A stretch of DNA of 32,000 bases from Fimbriiglobus ruber (GTDB lineage Bacteria; Planctomycetota; Planctomycetia; Gemmatales; Gemmataceae), in assembly GCF_002197845.1 (NCBI RefSeq), contig NZ_NIDE01000020.1, positions 139,460-171,459 on the forward strand, given 5' to 3'. The translations under genes were made by a program, and so were the position numbers. Positions 30,181 to 32,000 of this stretch are shown piece by piece (the first letter of the stretch is position 1; the number at the start of each line of letters is the position of its first letter). The notes under the pieces were generated by a model, which saw only the letters and a program-made list of their open reading frames with translations, made no database searches and was not told the origin of the DNA.

Positions 30181-32000
30181 TTATGCCTTCCCCCATTTCC
30201 CCAGCGGGCAGGCTTCCTGCGGATACCACACCTTTCCCGGCTGGTCCTCCTTTTGCCCGGGTGCGAACCCCGCCGGCTTCACGTCGAGCGGACACCCGCA
30301 CTGTGAGCAGCGGTCGTCCTTCCCGCGGGCCGGGCAGATGAGACACAGCGAGTACCGCTCCTTCGCCTTATCCTCGCTGACGAAATGAGAGCCGCCCAAC
30401 CAGTGCCGCACCTTTGCGGCCCCGAAGTTCGCGATCTGCCGGGCGACGTTTGGAAGGTCCGGCTTGTCCTCGGGCCGACACCCGAGAACCATCAGCCCGT
30501 GATTGTTCTCGTACGATTCGAGGACCGTCCACTCCCGATGACTTTCCATGAACTTCGCGAGACCGGCCACGACACCAGGACCGCCGTCGTCCCCCTTGAC
30601 GCCGAACGTGTTGGCGTCCGTACAGTGGACGACGATGTACCGGGAGACCGCGCCGGCCAGTCGGTCAAGGGTCTGGTGGACGGCCGATGCCGTGTGGTGG
30701 GTGTCGAGGAACAGGAGGTCGGTCGGCTCAATCTTTGCCCGGTCGAGATTCGTCACGTCGACCGTCAGCCCCCGGAATCCCGCCTCCCCGCGTTCGGCTG
30801 TGGCACTCTGCCAGTCGGGCTTGACCGCCGTGAAGTAGCTGCAAAACCGCTTGGCCTTGCTCGCTGCGAGAGCCGCGAACGCAGGGGGCTTGAACCACGC
30901 CGATACCTCCGTCACGTGGTCGCACTTGTCGGCCAGTGCCTTCAGCCGCTCTACATGCTCGTGGAAGTCGCTCGGAGTCGCCTTTGCCACAGCGTACAGG
31001 TCCACCAGCGGGGGTGCCTTCGACGTCTGCCCGCACGGGACACACCCAGCGGCAGGCTCTGTCGCTTTCGGCTTCACTACCTCGGCCGGGAACCAGTTCG
31101 GCGCCGGCCCCCAGAACTTGTGATCCGTGATCGGTCGGCCGCTCAGTTGCCCGCTCTTGGCCTCGTAGCAGACGGCCGCGTGCCCTGTGAACACCCCGGG
31201 GGTGTTGACGTGGATGGATGGGGGGCAATTGGGATCAACGGTCAGGCGGACCCACTTCGAGCGGTCACCGTCGTGGTCCGGTTCGAGGATGACGGACCGG
31301 CCGCCCTCCCCCTCCTTGGCCGCCCGCTCCAGGTTCCGGAGGGCAACGCCGGTCCGCATCGTCAGTTGGTGCAACGGCTCGTGACGCTCCTTGACCGCGA
31401 GCCAACCGGTTTCGTTGAGTCCTTCGTAGTTCAGGTTGCTGATGACCGGAGATTCAGGGTTCCTCGCGAGGGCATCCCCGATCCGGTCGAAGTACCCAGG
31501 CGGGTAAAGGACATCGTGTTCGAGGAAGACAATGGCGTCGAACTCAATCGGCCCCTGAACAAGAATGGCCTGTTTGATCTGCTTGACGATGGTAGCGTGG
31601 GAGCGGGTTCGATCCTTCACATCCAAGGTCGTGTTGATAAACGGGTTGCCGGGAATTACCCCCCAATCGCACGTTGAAACAAAAACCTCGTGCCGCCCCC
31701 GCTCGTTGGACTCATCGGCCGCCCGCTTGATCGTCGCGAGGGACCGCTGAAGCAACGCGACCGGCTTCGTGTTGTCCGAGTACCAGACCCCCAGAAGCCG
31801 TTGCTTCTTGATTGGCAACGCCCGTTGGCCGAACGGCTGGATCTTCTCGGCCTGAACTGCAACTTGCTCGAACTGCAGCCGCGGGAACGCCGAATGATTG
31901 CCTGCTAGCAGCGACGGTGAGCCGCTGTTGACGTGCGCCGTCCAAACCTGCTCCGTCGCCTCGATCCCCAATTCCCGGTGCCCGATCAGGAGGTTCCTGA
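30181..32000 (-). CDS. Large multidomain protein: GT-A-like N-terminal region, Methyltransf_24-like SAM methyltransferase domain and a Cys-rich C-terminal module. The 5' end may lie outside the window.
   Basis: The frame stays open from the TTG at 31971 to the window edge. AIVFLEHDVLYPPGYF is a glycosyltransferase-like acidic motif (tentative). TPSDFHEHVERLKALADKCDHVTEVS...DLLFLDTHHTASAVHQTLDRLAGAVSRYIVVHCT...NNHGLMVL fits the SDI.EHL..L / D.lFiDt.H.y / i.hDt pattern. The C-terminus is CLICP...CSQCGCPLDVK...CPLGKWG. Confidence 0.75.
   Translation of the reverse strand, partial: RNLLIGHRELGIEATEQVWTAHVNSGSPSLLAGNHSAFPRLQFEQVAVQAEKIQPFGQRALPIKKQRLLGVWYSDNTKPVALLQRSLATIKRAADESNERGRHEVFVSTCDWGVIPGNPFINTTLDVKDRTRSHATIVKQIKQAILVQGPIEFDAIVFLEHDVLYPPGYFDRIGDALARNPESPVISNLNYEGLNETGWLAVKERHEPLHQLTMRTGVALRNLERAAKEGEGGRSVILEPDHDGDRSKWVRLTVDPNCPPSIHVNTPGVFTGHAAVCYEAKSGQLSGRPITDHKFWGPAPNWFPAEVVKPKATEPAAGCVPCGQTSKAPPLVDLYAVAKATPSDFHEHVERLKALADKCDHVTEVSAWFKPPAFAALAASKAKRFCSYFTAVKPDWQSATAERGEAGFRGLTVDVTNLDRAKIEPTDLLFLDTHHTASAVHQTLDRLAGAVSRYIVVHCTDANTFGVKGDDGGPGVVAGLAKFMESHREWTVLESYENNHGLMVLGCRPEDKPDLPNVARQIANFGAAKVRHWLGGSHFVSEDKAKERYSLCLICPARGKDDRCSQCGCPLDVKPAGFAPGQKEDQPGKVWYPQEACPLGKWGKA

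Larger units (their letters stand above)
5443..32000. mobile_element. Prophage-like element (partial; continues past the right edge)
   Basis: An integrase sits at one end. The region has many small overlapping ORFs, tail-fibre genes, holin-like genes, PhoH, its own sigma factor, and lower, patchier GC than 1-5217 (by eye). Confidence 0.7.

Noticed and set aside
30385-31677. 430-aa plus-strand ORF opposite the GT/MTase-like gene
   Set aside because: It is antisense to a gene with a clear methyltransferase signature, and its composition is typical of a shadow ORF.
1-32000. CRISPR arrays, rRNA genes, IS/transposase genes, additional tRNAs
   Set aside because: I saw no regularly spaced direct repeats, no rRNA-like conserved blocks and no DDE/transposase-like translations. 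Only one cloverleaf-compatible sequence (5321-5408) was found.

Overview
High-GC bacterial DNA, probably from a Gemmata-like planctomycete. This is an inference: two proteins carry the TIGR02996-type N-terminal domain (pattern LV.ADWLEE.GD) that is expanded in that group. All homology calls below come from motifs read by eye in the translations, not from database searches. LEFT PART (1-5217) is very GC-rich and looks host-like. It holds a partial GYF-like gene, an XRE regulator and a frameshifted DnaQ-type exonuclease. It also holds an operon in which a tyrosine recombinase is translationally coupled (ATGA overlap) to a large serine recombinase. That operon starts about 100 bp from the 3' end of tRNA-Ser(UGA) (5321-5408, minus strand). 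RIGHT PART (5443 to the window end) opens with a second tyrosine integrase whose stop codon lies 35 bp from the 5' end of the same tRNA. After it come about 26 kb of lower and more heterogeneous GC (judged by eye) with tightly packed, prophage-like genes in four blocks: a plus block (6709-8322), a minus block (8403-11643; RHH plus HNH-XRE regulators, a TIGR02996 protein, zinc ribbons), a plus block (11787-16639; small ORFs, a TrpF/PRAI-like barrel, a second TIGR02996 protein), and a long minus operon (32000 down to 16626). That operon encodes a glycosyltransferase/methyltransferase-like protein, a sigma factor, collagen-like and beta-helix tail fibres, holin-like and secreted proteins, a membrane-anchored papain-family protease, a HAD-beta-grasp fusion and PhoH. 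I saw no rRNA, CRISPR array, transposase, capsid, portal, terminase or replication genes. The main leads are the Tyr+Ser recombinase pair, the tRNA flanked by two integrases, a protease-centred candidate lysis module with no recognisable muralytic enzyme, and a 13-bp motif repeated three times that looks like the promoter for the element's own sigma factor.
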